Below, piece by piece: positions 27,163 to 38,011 of a DNA stretch of 64,000 nucleotides. A program made the position numbers and the translations under genes. A model generated the notes under the pieces. That model worked only from the letters and a program-made list of their open reading frames with translations. It was not told the origin of the DNA and made no database searches. Every line of letters starts with the position of its first letter. Position 1 is the first letter of the stretch. Source of the DNA: Nitrospirota bacterium (lineage in GTDB: Bacteria; Nitrospirota; Thermodesulfovibrionia; Thermodesulfovibrionales; JdFR-88); assembly GCA_021840255.1 (NCBI GenBank), contig JAKBYX010000006.1, forward strand, positions 35,811 to 99,810. The letters are read 5' to 3'.

Positions 27163-27891
27163 TCAGGTAAAACGTTTCGTGCCGCCCCTTTGTCTCAGGA
27201 CCACATAAGTGGCCCCGAGACCCCCGTCGCAGTCCCTGGCCGAAGCGTAGGCCAGGACGTGTTTTCTGAAAGGGCCTTGCAGCCATTTCCTCAGCGCTTC
27301 TTTAAGCACCGGCCCGCCTGGCGAACGGAGCCCCCTGCCGTGGATAACCTTTACGCAGAAGGCCTTTTCCCTTATGGCTTCCCGGAAGAAAGCTTGCAGG
27401 GCATCAAGCGCTTCCTCCCTGCTCATGCCATGCAGGTCGATATATTCCCTAACTGCAAACTCCCCCCTGTGCAGGCGCCTTGTAATATCAGGGCCTGCGC
27501 CGGGACCGGCCCATTCGATATACTCGCCTGTCTGCTCAAGGACTATCTTTTTTTTGCCGGATACCAGTTCCTCCAGAAGAACCATTGGGTCCCCGTTCAA
27601 ATCCTGCCTGGGCTTCTGAGGTCTCCGCACAGGCGCACCGCTTTCCGTAAAAGCACCGCTGAATTCCTTTATCTCCCTGACGCCGGCCATTGCCTCCAGG
27701 AACACCTCCCGTTCCGTTTTTTTATCTTCCCGCCCCTCTTCCCGCGACGGCTCGCCGCAAACGGGCTCATCCTTCTTGGCGTCTCTGTGTTTTTCCCTGG
27801 GTTTACTGCTGGGTTTTGCGTCCCTGGAGGCGCTTTTTAAAAACTCCTTCAGGGACTCAAAGGGGGTGAAAAAAAGGGAGGGCGTTTTCAT
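27163..27891 (-). CDS. Smr (MutS2-related small nuclease) domain protein
   Basis: C-terminal IDLHGMSREEALDALQAFF...VKVIHGRGLRSPGGPVLKEAL. Charged N-terminal half. Confidence 0.8.
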   Translation of the reverse strand: MKTPSLFFTPFESLKEFLKSASRDAKPSSKPREKHRDAKKDEPVCGEPSREEGREDKKTEREVFLEAMAGVREIKEFSGAFTESGAPVRRPQKPRQDLNGDPMVLLEELVSGKKKIVLEQTGEYIEWAGPGAGPDITRRLHRGEFAVREYIDLHGMSREEALDALQAFFREAIREKAFCVKVIHGRGLRSPGGPVLKEALRKWLQGPFRKHVLAYASARDCDGGLGATYVVLRQRGGTKRFT

Positions 27892-28211
27892 TTCTCAGTC
27901 CTGCACATCCAAAAAATTTTTGTTTTTTTATTTTTACTTTTTTGTTTTTATCGCTGCCTTCCGGCCTTCTTTATTATAAATAAACGGCCCGCAAAATATA
28001 GACTGGCCAGACCTGAAAGGCCGGGCCCCTTATGGAGCCATTAATAAATTTGACTTGATTCGGTTTCCTCCCCGCGTGTACATTAGTATATGATAGGGAG
28101 TCCATTTCTTAATAATGGGCTTAAGAACGGGCCGGGAACGGGCCGCTTGCCATTTCCGGATGTTTTATTTTATTTGATTTTTGACTTTTTGCTTTTGGGA
28201 CGGAGGAAAAA

Positions 28212-28643
28212 ATGAAAGTTCGGGATCTTCTTAAATCGAAGGGGCAGGGAATCATTTCGATGGATGTCAGCGCTTCCGTGGACGACGCTGTAAAGGCCAT
28301 GAACGCCAGGAAGATAAGCTCTCTTGTCGTGACGGAGGAGGGCAACCCGGTTGGGATATTTACGGAGAGAGATGTGATAAAAAGCTACGTGGCTTCGGGA
28401 GGCAGGAGCTTCCGGAGCATCAGCCTGAGGCAGGCCATGACGCGGGACCTGATCGTGGCCGAGGCCGCCGAGGATCTGCAGGCAACGATGGCCGTTATGA
28501 TACAGGAGAACATAAGGCACCTTCCGGTAACCGATGAAGGCGTCCTGATAGGGATGCTTTCGGCAAGGGATGTCATACAGGCCCATATCGGCAAGCTCAA
28601 GGCAGAGATACACCACCTGAAGGACTATATCGCCGGCGCCTGA
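28212..28643 (+). CDS. CBS-pair domain protein
   Basis: Two CBS repeats (KISSLVVTEEGNPVGIFTERD and IRHLPVTDEGVLIGMLSARD). GGAGGA RBS. Confidence 0.8.
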   Translation: MKVRDLLKSKGQGIISMDVSASVDDAVKAMNARKISSLVVTEEGNPVGIFTERDVIKSYVASGGRSFRSISLRQAMTRDLIVAEAAEDLQATMAVMIQENIRHLPVTDEGVLIGMLSARDVIQAHIGKLKAEIHHLKDYIAGA

Positions 28644-28806
28644 TCCTGGGCAGCCTCGCTGCCCGGAAAGAGCAAAAAACAAAAAACGGTCTGCCGGTTT
28701 TTCCTGTCCCCTCATCTTCTTTCGTGTCTTATTGCGCCTCATGCCTTTCTCATGTGCCATAAAAAATTTTCTCGTTAGCGGTCTTCGCTCTCTGTATAAT
28801 TGGGGC

Positions 28807-29913
28807 ATGGAAAGGGCCATAAAAAAAGGCGCTCTTCAAAAATACTTTCATGCCTCCGGAATGGGAGAGGTCCTTGAAATGAGGCCCCTGGGCAGAGGGG
28901 TGCACGGCGAGGGCTGGCTCATCCGGGCTAAGGGGGCCGGGGGCACGGAGGAGTTCGTCATAAAATCCGTAAGGCCCAACGGGCTTGGGCACGACTATCC
29001 TTCCGACCGGGCTGGCCTGTTCCTTTTGGCTCTGGATACCTATAATTCCCTGCCAAACCACGTAAAGGCCCTGGATGTTCTGGACCTGCGCGCTGACGGC
29101 TCGCTCCGGTCCGTGGGGGGCGGTAAGGAATACTACCTTCTTATGAAGAGGGCGGCCGGGAAAAGCTATTTCGAGGACCTGGACTTGCTGGCAGGGAAAA
29201 AAGCGCTCGGCCCGGGGGACCGTCAAAAGATAACCCGCCTGACTTCCTGCCTGGCGGAGATCCATTCTCTGAGGAAGGCCTCAAAGGATCTCTATCTGAG
29301 GAAACTGAGAGACATCATAGGGCACGGGGAATGCCTCATGGGCGTGTTCGATTCCTATCCCAGGGGAGTGGTGCCTCCGGTCCGGATGGCGGAGATAGAG
29401 AAAAAATGCATAGACTGGCGCGCCAGGCTGAAGGGGAAGGCCCATTTTTACCGGAGGCTGTGCCGCATCCACGGGGATTTCCACCCAGGAAACATCTGGT
29501 TTCATGAGAGACCCGCCGTGGCTGGCTTCGCAGGTAAGAAAAAGCAAAGATCATATCTTGAGTTTACGCTTCTGGACAGGAGCCGCGGCCCCTGGGGCGA
29601 GGCGGCCGATGACCTGACCGCCCTGGCTATAAATTTTATTTTCTACTCCATCCAGAGGCATGGTAAGGTGCAGGGGGCCTGCCTCGAGGCGCTAAAAATG
29701 TTTTTTGGGAAATACATAGGTCTCACGGGGGATGAGGCTGTTTTGGGCTTGGTTGCGCCATTTTTTGCCTTCAGGGGTGTGGTGGTGGCAAACCCGGCAT
29801 TTTACCCCCGCCTGGGGGATGAGGGGCGTAGCCTCATCTTCCGGTTCATCCATAGGGTGCTCGATTCCCCGGTTTTTGAACCTGAAAGAGTGAACGATTA
29901 CATCTCTTCATAG
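28807..29913 (+). CDS. APH/choline-kinase-like phosphotransferase family protein
   Basis: IHGDFHPGNIWF catalytic loop (Brenner motif). Start taken at ATG 28807. Confidence 0.65.
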   Translation: MERAIKKGALQKYFHASGMGEVLEMRPLGRGVHGEGWLIRAKGAGGTEEFVIKSVRPNGLGHDYPSDRAGLFLLALDTYNSLPNHVKALDVLDLRADGSLRSVGGGKEYYLLMKRAAGKSYFEDLDLLAGKKALGPGDRQKITRLTSCLAEIHSLRKASKDLYLRKLRDIIGHGECLMGVFDSYPRGVVPPVRMAEIEKKCIDWRARLKGKAHFYRRLCRIHGDFHPGNIWFHERPAVAGFAGKKKQRSYLEFTLLDRSRGPWGEAADDLTALAINFIFYSIQRHGKVQGACLEALKMFFGKYIGLTGDEAVLGLVAPFFAFRGVVVANPAFYPRLGDEGRSLIFRFIHRVLDSPVFEPERVNDYISS

Positions 29914-30027
29914 AATATTCATATTTATGTTTTACTTTTGATAAGATTTAGAAAAATCAGAGAAAAAAGAAAAGAAAAAAAAGTTCCTCAGCCGGAAATA
30001 AAAAAAATCCCTTAAAAAAAGGAGGGC

Positions 30028-31491
30028 ATGGCGGTGAAATCCAAGACTAAATATGTTATCGCGGCTACCAGCCTTATCATCATGGGCCTGATCGCGGGCC
30101 TGGTTTTATCTTCCACTCTTAACATCAACACCAATGTGTACAGTCAGGAATACAAGGTGCCGGAACAGGCAGTGAAAACCCTTACCCAGGTAAGCGATGC
30201 CATGGCGGACCTGGCGGCGGTTGTAAAACCCTCCGTCGTGAACATATCCACGGTAAGCATCGTCAAGACGAAAGGCGTTGAGAACCCTTTTTTCAATGAC
30301 CCTTTTTTCAGGCAATTTTTCGGCAACCAGTTCCAGCAGCCGCAGGAACGCAAGCAGCTGAGCCTGGGCTCCGGCGTCATTGTGGACCCGAACGGCATAA
30401 TACTCACCAATAACCATGTCGTGAAGGGCGCCCAGAGGATCACCGTCACGATCAACCAGAACACGTACAAGGGCAAGGTCATCGGCGCGGACGCGAAGAC
30501 GGACCTGGCGGTGGTCAAGATAAACGCCACCGGGCTGCCCGCGATAAAATGGGGCGATTCGGACAAGCTCCGGGCCGGCGACACCGTCCTTGCCATAGGG
30601 AGCCCGTTTGGCCTGACCCAGACGGTTACCTCCGGCATAGTTAGCGCCGTGGGCAGGGCCAACGTGGGCATAGCCGCTTATGAGGATTTCATCCAGACGG
30701 ACGCGGCCATAAACCCGGGCAACTCCGGGGGAGCGCTTGTGAACGCCAGGGGCGAGTTGGTGGGCATCAACACCGCCATATTCAGCACCACCGGGGGATA
30801 TGAGGGGATAGGCTTTGCGATCCCGAGCGACATGGCCAAGGTGGTTATGAACGACCTTATAAAGACGGGACGCGTCATACGCGGGTGGCTTGGGGTCTGG
30901 ATACAGCCCGTGAACAGCGATCTGCAAAAGCAGTTCGGCCTCAAAAACAAGCAAGGCGCCCTGGTCTCTGATTTTGTCGAGGGGAGCCCCGCCAGGAAAG
31001 CCGGAATGGAGCGAGGCGACTTCATAGTGGAGTATAACGGGAAGAAGGTCACCGATCCCAATGAGCTCAGGAACATGGTCGCCAATACCGCCCCCGGGAC
31101 CTCCGTGCCCATAACAGTGATAAGGTCCGGCCAGCGCGTTACGCTTAGCGTGAAGATAACCGAGCAGCCAAAAGAAACAGCCAAGGCGGAGGCGCCGGTC
31201 CTTGAGAACGCCTTAAGCGGGGTCGACGTGCAGGACATCACGCCCGGGGTTAGAAGCGAACTCAGCCTTCCGGCAAGGATAAAGGGAGTGGTTGTCACCA
31301 GGGTTGCGGAGGAAAGCCCGTCCAGCGATGTGCTTAACGCCGGAGACGTTATCATGGAGATAAACCACGTGAAGGTCAATAACGTAAAGGCCTATCTCAG
31401 CCAAGCCCGCAAGATCACCAAGGGCAAAAGCGCGCTCCTTCTCGTTTGGAGACGCGGCTCGGTCTTCTATGTGACGGTTTCCATGCAGTAG
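30028..31491 (+). CDS. DegP/HtrA/DegQ-family periplasmic serine protease with two PDZ domains
   Basis: TNNHVV (His), DLAVVKI (Asp), GNSGGALVN (Ser), then two PDZ-like segments. AAGGAGG RBS. Confidence 0.92.
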   Translation: MAVKSKTKYVIAATSLIIMGLIAGLVLSSTLNINTNVYSQEYKVPEQAVKTLTQVSDAMADLAAVVKPSVVNISTVSIVKTKGVENPFFNDPFFRQFFGNQFQQPQERKQLSLGSGVIVDPNGIILTNNHVVKGAQRITVTINQNTYKGKVIGADAKTDLAVVKINATGLPAIKWGDSDKLRAGDTVLAIGSPFGLTQTVTSGIVSAVGRANVGIAAYEDFIQTDAAINPGNSGGALVNARGELVGINTAIFSTTGGYEGIGFAIPSDMAKVVMNDLIKTGRVIRGWLGVWIQPVNSDLQKQFGLKNKQGALVSDFVEGSPARKAGMERGDFIVEYNGKKVTDPNELRNMVANTAPGTSVPITVIRSGQRVTLSVKITEQPKETAKAEAPVLENALSGVDVQDITPGVRSELSLPARIKGVVVTRVAEESPSSDVLNAGDVIMEINHVKVNNVKAYLSQARKITKGKSALLLVWRRGSVFYVTVSMQ

Positions 31492-31517
31492 GCAGGAAGA
31501 CATTAAAAAAATAAAAA

Positions 31518-31548
31518 GGGGGGCTCGAATGAAAGCCCCCTTTTTTAT
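31518..31548. terminator. bidirectional intrinsic terminator
   Basis: GGGGGCT (31519-31525) / AGCCCCC (31534-31540), flanked by an A-run upstream and a T-run downstream. It lies between htrA (+) and the convergent ORF 31566-32132 (-). Confidence 0.75.
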
Positions 31549-31565
31549 TTTTTGTTTTTTTGTCT

Positions 31566-32132
31566 TTATATTTTTTTGGCCAGATCGAATGCCAGTGTGA
31601 TGGCCGCCCCGACCAGCGCGGCTTCTTCTTTGCTCATCGCGCCCAGGGTCCCGCGTCTTTCCGTCATTCTTCTGAAATGCGTGAAGTCCGTAGGCACCGC
31701 CTCGGTGTCTATCAGATAAGCGATCCCCCGGATGATCTCGCGTACTCTTTCCGGAGATTTTATATCTCCTTCCAGTTTGGCAAAATACTGGACCTTGATC
31801 TTGGCCCTGGTTACATCGTAAGCAACGTCCTTCACGCGATGAAGCGCCAGGATCGTGTAATCGCCCAGGGCTTGCCAGAATAATTCGTCATACCCTTGCC
31901 AATTGGGCATTGAGAAGCGCATAAACGCAGCCCTTTTCCTTCCAAGCTGCGGAACGTATTTTTCGAGCGTGACAACGAATTTTTCAAGCTTCTCTTTGTC
32001 TATCTGATCGATCATCTCGTACAGTCTGCGGCGCTGTTGCCTGCGCAGGAGCTTCCCGGCCTGCTCCAATACATCCCCCTGGCCGGGGCGCGAGACTAAT
32101 TTCTGGAGGAAATTGTACGTGGGCTCATCCAT
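31566..32132 (-). CDS. hypothetical protein (188 aa, helical, no motif recognised)
   Basis: Clean ORF bounded by a terminator and an A-rich leader. Its codon usage resembles that of its neighbours. Confidence 0.55.
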   Translation of the reverse strand: MDEPTYNFLQKLVSRPGQGDVLEQAGKLLRRQQRRRLYEMIDQIDKEKLEKFVVTLEKYVPQLGRKRAAFMRFSMPNWQGYDELFWQALGDYTILALHRVKDVAYDVTRAKIKVQYFAKLEGDIKSPERVREIIRGIAYLIDTEAVPTDFTHFRRMTERRGTLGAMSKEEAALVGAAITLAFDLAKKI

Positions 32133-32324
32133 TGGCGTTTTTTGTTTTTTCCCCTTTGGATTTTTTAGAAAAATACGGCCTGTTTACCAAAATTCCACAG
32201 GATGGCCTTGCCGCTGGCTTAATTCTATCAGGAAAAAACATCGCCTGAAAGCAAATGGCCATAAGGCATTTTCCCCGGCAGCTTGAGGGATAAGGGGACG
32301 TCATCCTCTTTTTTGGGTTTTCTT

Positions 32325-32372
32325 AAAAAAGAAGAGGGAGGGGCATTGATGCCCTCCCTCTTCTTTCATTTT
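32325..32372 (-). terminator. intrinsic terminator after groEL (bidirectional geometry)
   Basis: GAAGAGGGAGGGGCA (32331-32345) / TGCCCTCCCTCTTC (32350-32363). An A-run lies on the left and a T-run on the right. Confidence 0.75.
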
Positions 32373-32400
32373 TGCTTGCTGCCTGTTGTTGTACTTTTTT

Positions 32401-34053
<1,653 letters not shown>

Positions 34054-34124
34054 TTATGTTTTAAATCCGGTCTTTTTATTTTTTTACTTTTTACTTTTTG
34101 CGGCAAAAGCAGAAAGGAATTTAT

Positions 34125-34388
34125 CTATCCTTCCACTATCCCCAGAACGTCCTCTTCCTTGATGATGAGGTACTCTTTGTCCTCCATCTTCACCTTGGAA
34201 CCCGAATACTTGTCAAAAAGTACCGCGTCCCCTACCTTTATCTCCTTCACCTCAGACCCTACCGCCTCGACTTTGCCTTTCTGCGGCTTCTCTTTCGCCG
34301 TGTCAGGCACGTAGAGGCCGCCCTTGGTCTTTTCCTCCTCTTCCGCGTAGCTTACGAACACCCTGTCCTTTAAAGGCTTGAATTTCAT
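34125..34388 (-). CDS. groS: co-chaperonin GroES
   Basis: MKFKPLKDRVFV...GGLYVPDTAKEKPQKGKVEAVG. Confidence 0.97.
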   Translation of the reverse strand: MKFKPLKDRVFVSYAEEEEKTKGGLYVPDTAKEKPQKGKVEAVGSEVKEIKVGDAVLFDKYSGSKVKMEDKEYLIIKEEDVLGIVEG

Positions 34389-34453
34389 CCGTTTTCTCTC
34401 CTTTCCTGGTTTTAGGTTTTAATTCAAAAAAAAATTATCACCTGTTTTTCTTG

Positions 34454-34480
34454 TTAGCACTCATATTTAGTGAGTGCTAA
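34454..34480. promoter_or_regulatory. CIRCE operator (HrcA binding site) TTAGCACTC-N9-GAGTGCTAA
   Basis: Perfect match to the consensus, 66 nt upstream of the groES start. Confidence 0.92.
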
Positions 34481-34623
34481 AAAATATATAACAATATGGG
34501 GGTTCAGGCAAGAGCATAAAGAGGGCCCATTTGGGTAAATAATGGATAATAATCCATGATTTCGCTATTTATCTTTTTTTTTCGAAAAAAATCTCTTTTA
34601 AAGGTTTTGCCGGCGCATATTTT

Positions 34624-34653
34624 TTGACAACCACGGCACGTCTCTGGTATAGA
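34624..34653 (+). promoter_or_regulatory. sigma70 promoter TTGACA-18-TATAGA (with TGg extended -10) abutting the DedA-PAP2 start
   Basis: -35 at 34624-34629 and -10 at 34648-34653. Only 9 nt separate the -10 from ATG 34663, and there is no SD. Confidence 0.5.
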
Positions 34654-34662
34654 AATAGTCAG

Positions 34663-36012
34663 ATGGCAGGCATCCTTAAAATCATCTCCCCCTATTTCAG
34701 CCACGAGGGTTACTACATACTTTTTTTAATGACCTTTCTTGAGACCGCCCTTTTCTTTGGTTTCATCGTGCCTGGCGAAAGCATTGTGGTCATTTCCGGG
34801 CTTCTGGCCTCGAAAGGGGTGCTGGACCTTGGAAACGTCGTTTTGATAGCCTCGGCTGGAGCGATACTCGGGGACCAGACCGGCTACGTGATAGGCCGTG
34901 AATTCGGGCAGAAGCTCATTGCCAGATACGGCGGCAGGATATTTTTGAAAACAGCGTACATCGCGGAGACCGAGAGTTTTTTTAAAAGGCACGGGGGCAA
35001 GACAGTTTTCCTGGGAAGGTTTGCCGCATGGCTCAGGGCCATGTCCCCATTTGTGGCTGGCTCGTCGCGGATGAGCTACCCTAAATTTGTTTTTTTCAAC
35101 GCCGCAGGCGGGTTGGTATGGGCGGCGGGATACTCCCTTTTGGGCTATCTGGTGGGTGACAGCTGGGAGCAGATAAGGCGTTACTTGGGGGAAGCCGGCC
35201 TCTTTGTGCTCATAACGGGTGCCGCGCTGTTTTTCATCCTGCGGCTTTTCAGCAGGAAGAAACACCTGCTTATCCAACGGCTGGACTGGCTGGACAAAAC
35301 ACTTTCGGCCCAGGTGCCAATGACCTGGGGGTTCCTGAAAGCGCGTCTGGACGCGGGCAGGTGGTGGGGACTGCGGCTTACAGTGGCGCTGTCTTCCATT
35401 TTCATTGCCTTTCATACCTTTGGCGAGATAATCGAAAGCCAGACGAGAAGGGGGCTCCTTTACCGCCTGGACCTGAAGTCGGCCGCCTTCATAAAAAGCA
35501 TTGAGAGCCCTGGCTTTGCCAGGGCCATGACCCTGGCCTCGAACATACTGGATTTCTACGTCATAGCGGCCGCAGCGGCCGCGCTTGGCCTCTTTCTACT
35601 CTTGAAGAAAGACTGGTGGCGGCTTTATGCTTTTATGCTGGCCGCGGGCGCGGGGGCGCCCCTGTTATTTCTTTTGAAAATAGGGGTGAGCCAAAGGCGG
35701 GGGTTTACCTTCAGGTTCCCAAGCGGCTATGCCTACAGCAGCATAATAATCTTTGGTTTTTGGGCCTATACCGGCTGGGTAAGTTTTTTTACGGCAGGGG
35801 GAAAAGAGGAACATAGAAAAAGAAGGAAGGTTTTCAGGGCAACCGTCCTCTTTTTTGCCGCGGCCCTGTCGCTTCTGGTGGGGGCAAGCAGGATCTACTG
35901 GGACGTTCACTGGCTTACCGACGTGCTTGCCGGGTATGCCGCGGGCTTTGCCTGGCTTGCGCTGAGCATAGTCATTGTAAGGACGATAGAGGAGAGCGTA
36001 ACAAGGAAGTGA
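34663..36012 (+). CDS. fusion protein: DedA/SNARE-associated (VTT) membrane domain + PAP2 phosphatase domain
   Basis: N-terminal half FIVPGESIVVISGLLA...GRFAAWLRAMSPFVAGSSRM (DedA). C-terminal half has PAP2 motif 3 SRIYWDVHWLTD, while motif 2 reads PSGY instead of PSGH. Start at ATG 34663. Confidence 0.8.
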   Translation: MAGILKIISPYFSHEGYYILFLMTFLETALFFGFIVPGESIVVISGLLASKGVLDLGNVVLIASAGAILGDQTGYVIGREFGQKLIARYGGRIFLKTAYIAETESFFKRHGGKTVFLGRFAAWLRAMSPFVAGSSRMSYPKFVFFNAAGGLVWAAGYSLLGYLVGDSWEQIRRYLGEAGLFVLITGAALFFILRLFSRKKHLLIQRLDWLDKTLSAQVPMTWGFLKARLDAGRWWGLRLTVALSSIFIAFHTFGEIIESQTRRGLLYRLDLKSAAFIKSIESPGFARAMTLASNILDFYVIAAAAAALGLFLLLKKDWWRLYAFMLAAGAGAPLLFLLKIGVSQRRGFTFRFPSGYAYSSIIIFGFWAYTGWVSFFTAGGKEEHRKRRKVFRATVLFFAAALSLLVGASRIYWDVHWLTDVLAGYAAGFAWLALSIVIVRTIEESVTRK

Positions 36013-36028
36013 CACTTGCGATCTGATC

Positions 36029-36697
36029 CTATCTGGGAAAACCCCTTCCTCTTCTCCTGGGTATCATTAATTTAATTAAAAGCAGCCCGCAGATGAATCC
36101 GCCCACATGGGCGAACCAGGCTATCCCCCTGAGGCCTCCCAGCACCCCATTTAAAAACTGAAGGAACGCCCATAGGCCTATCACCACAAGGGCCGGAAGT
36201 TTAATGATCTGGACAAAAATGCCAAGAAAGATGATCGTATAGACCTGCGCTCCCGGGAAAAGGAGGATGTACGCACCCAGCACTCCCGATATCGCGCCGG
36301 AGGCCCCTATCATCGGCATGATCGAGGTGGGGTCGGTAAAGGCGAAGGAGTACGCGGCCACCACGCCGCACAGAAGATAAAAGACAATGAACCGTAGGTG
36401 GCCCACCCTGTCCTCTATGTTGTTGCCGAATATGCCAAGGTAAAGCATGTTGCCGGCGATATGCAAAAAACCGCCGTGGATGAACATGGAGGTGAACACG
36501 GAGACCAGGGGGTTTACAGGCTGCAGGGAGTGCATGGTGAGAAGGCTGACCGGAATGGCGCCGTATCTTAAGGCGAATTTTTCCAGGCCGCCAGGGTAAA
36601 AGAGCTCATATATGAAGACCAGGCAGTTGGCCGCGATTATGCCGAACGTCACATACGGGGTTGTGGTTGTAGGGTTGTCATCCTTGTAGGGAATCAA
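36029..36697 (-). CDS. rhomboid-family intramembrane serine protease
   Basis: HGGFLHIAGNMLYL, GASGAISGVLGAY (catalytic Ser), FAHVGGF (His). Confidence 0.88.
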   Translation of the reverse strand: MIPYKDDNPTTTTPYVTFGIIAANCLVFIYELFYPGGLEKFALRYGAIPVSLLTMHSLQPVNPLVSVFTSMFIHGGFLHIAGNMLYLGIFGNNIEDRVGHLRFIVFYLLCGVVAAYSFAFTDPTSIMPMIGASGAISGVLGAYILLFPGAQVYTIIFLGIFVQIIKLPALVVIGLWAFLQFLNGVLGGLRGIAWFAHVGGFICGLLLIKLMIPRRRGRGFPR

Positions 36698-37193
36698 CGC
36701 CCGCCACCTCTATGCCTTCCCTCCAAAGGAGCTCCGCGGTGACGCCCCTTCCGGGCCGCTTCCCGCTCCCGAAGGTTCCGGCTTCTTCGCGCACACGGCA
36801 ATGCCCTCCGCAGTTCTCACGGCAATGAACATAGCCTGTACCGCATGAGGGGCTTCCATCCTTAAGGATGGCCTTTTTTATGCCGTAGGCCCTCGCCATA
36901 CGGAGGGTTTCCTGCGCACCCCTGACAAGCGCGGCTTTAAAGGCCTCCGGATCAGGGGGCAGGCCGATCCCTTCCGCCGCCATGCAGACCCCACCTGTGC
37001 CATCCAAAACGGACGAGCCGTCGCCGGAAGAAAACTCTACGGGGGGCCTTGGCGTCGGGAGCCCGCCAAGCTGCTCAGGGCAGACGGGCAGGGCCATCCC
37101 GGAGGAAACGAGTTTTCTAACCCGCTCATCCAGGCAGTTGGTTCCGTCATATCTTGTATTGAAACCGGCAAGGCAGGCGCTTACCAGGTACAT
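36678..37193 (-). CDS. DUF523 (TudS-like) protein
   Basis: MYLVSACLAGFNTRYDG...VCPEQLGGLPTPRPP...SPSCG pattern. 20-nt overlap with the rhomboid gene. Confidence 0.75.
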   Translation of the reverse strand: MYLVSACLAGFNTRYDGTNCLDERVRKLVSSGMALPVCPEQLGGLPTPRPPVEFSSGDGSSVLDGTGGVCMAAEGIGLPPDPEAFKAALVRGAQETLRMARAYGIKKAILKDGSPSCGTGYVHCRENCGGHCRVREEAGTFGSGKRPGRGVTAELLWREGIEVAGVDSLQG

Positions 37194-37297
37194 TGGAAAA
37201 ATTATATCACAGGGGGAAATTGCCGGTTTTCATGCTGGAAAGGGGTAGGAACAGCACGGCTTTTTTAATTTAAAACATGCTAGATTAGACAACTTTC

Positions 37298-37993
37298 ATG
37301 AAACGGCTGGGCGCGCTCATTTTTTTGACGGTTTTCCTTAACTCCTGTGTCGTCGCGGAGGTCCCGTATTACGTCACCAAGGACGCTGTTAAAGGCAGCA
37401 TATGGACGGTGAAGACAGGCTGCAAGGCGGCCGCGGGCACCGTGGTGTCTGTCTATAAGATAGGAAAATTCACCTTCAACGTCGTCAAGGCTCCGATCGA
37501 ATGGCCGCTCACCCATGGCGAAATAAAATCCATAGGCGGCCTGCCCCCCAAGGAGGCCATACGCACTGGAAGGGTCAGGACCGAGCCTTATGTGGTTGAC
37601 GGCAAAACTTACCGGCCCATGAGCTTAAAAAAGGCCAGGACATACGATCAGACGGGCCTGGCCTCCTGGTACGGCTACGAAACCGTAAGGCAGCATAAGG
37701 GGGCGATGACGGCTGACGGAGAGGTCTTCAATCCCAACTGGCTTTCGGCCGCCCACAAGTACCTTCCCCTGCCCTGCTACGTGAGGGTAACCAACCTGGA
37801 AAACGGGCGGCAGATAATAGCAAGGGTAAACGACAGGGGGCCGTTCCCCGCAAAGGGAAACCCGCAGGCGGGCAAGCGGATAATAGACTTAAGCATGGGT
37901 GCTGCCAAAAAACTTGGCTTCTATAAAAAGGGCATCGCAAGGGTGCGGGTGCAGACGATAAGCGCGGCGGATGCCCCCCAAATTATTAAATAA
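37298..37993 (+). CDS. rlpA: septal ring lytic transglycosylase RlpA-family lipoprotein
   Basis: Lipobox VFLNSC. GLASWYG...TADGEVFN...AAHKYLPLPCYVRVTNLENGRQIIARVNDRGPF (DPBB). Confidence 0.88.
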   Translation: MKRLGALIFLTVFLNSCVVAEVPYYVTKDAVKGSIWTVKTGCKAAAGTVVSVYKIGKFTFNVVKAPIEWPLTHGEIKSIGGLPPKEAIRTGRVRTEPYVVDGKTYRPMSLKKARTYDQTGLASWYGYETVRQHKGAMTADGEVFNPNWLSAAHKYLPLPCYVRVTNLENGRQIIARVNDRGPFPAKGNPQAGKRIIDLSMGAAKKLGFYKKGIARVRVQTISAADAPQIIK

Positions 37994-38011
37994 AAATACG
38001 GAAAACAGGAA

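Noticed and set aside
32286-32316. Weak plus-strand hairpin (GGGGA-CGUCA-UCCUC) followed by TTTTTTGGGTTTT. This could be the terminator of a small RNA encoded in 32150-32316.
   Set aside because: The stem is only about 5 bp with a wobble pair. I could not find a convincing plus-strand promoter. It lies adjacent to the real groEL terminator, so the T-run may simply belong to that region.
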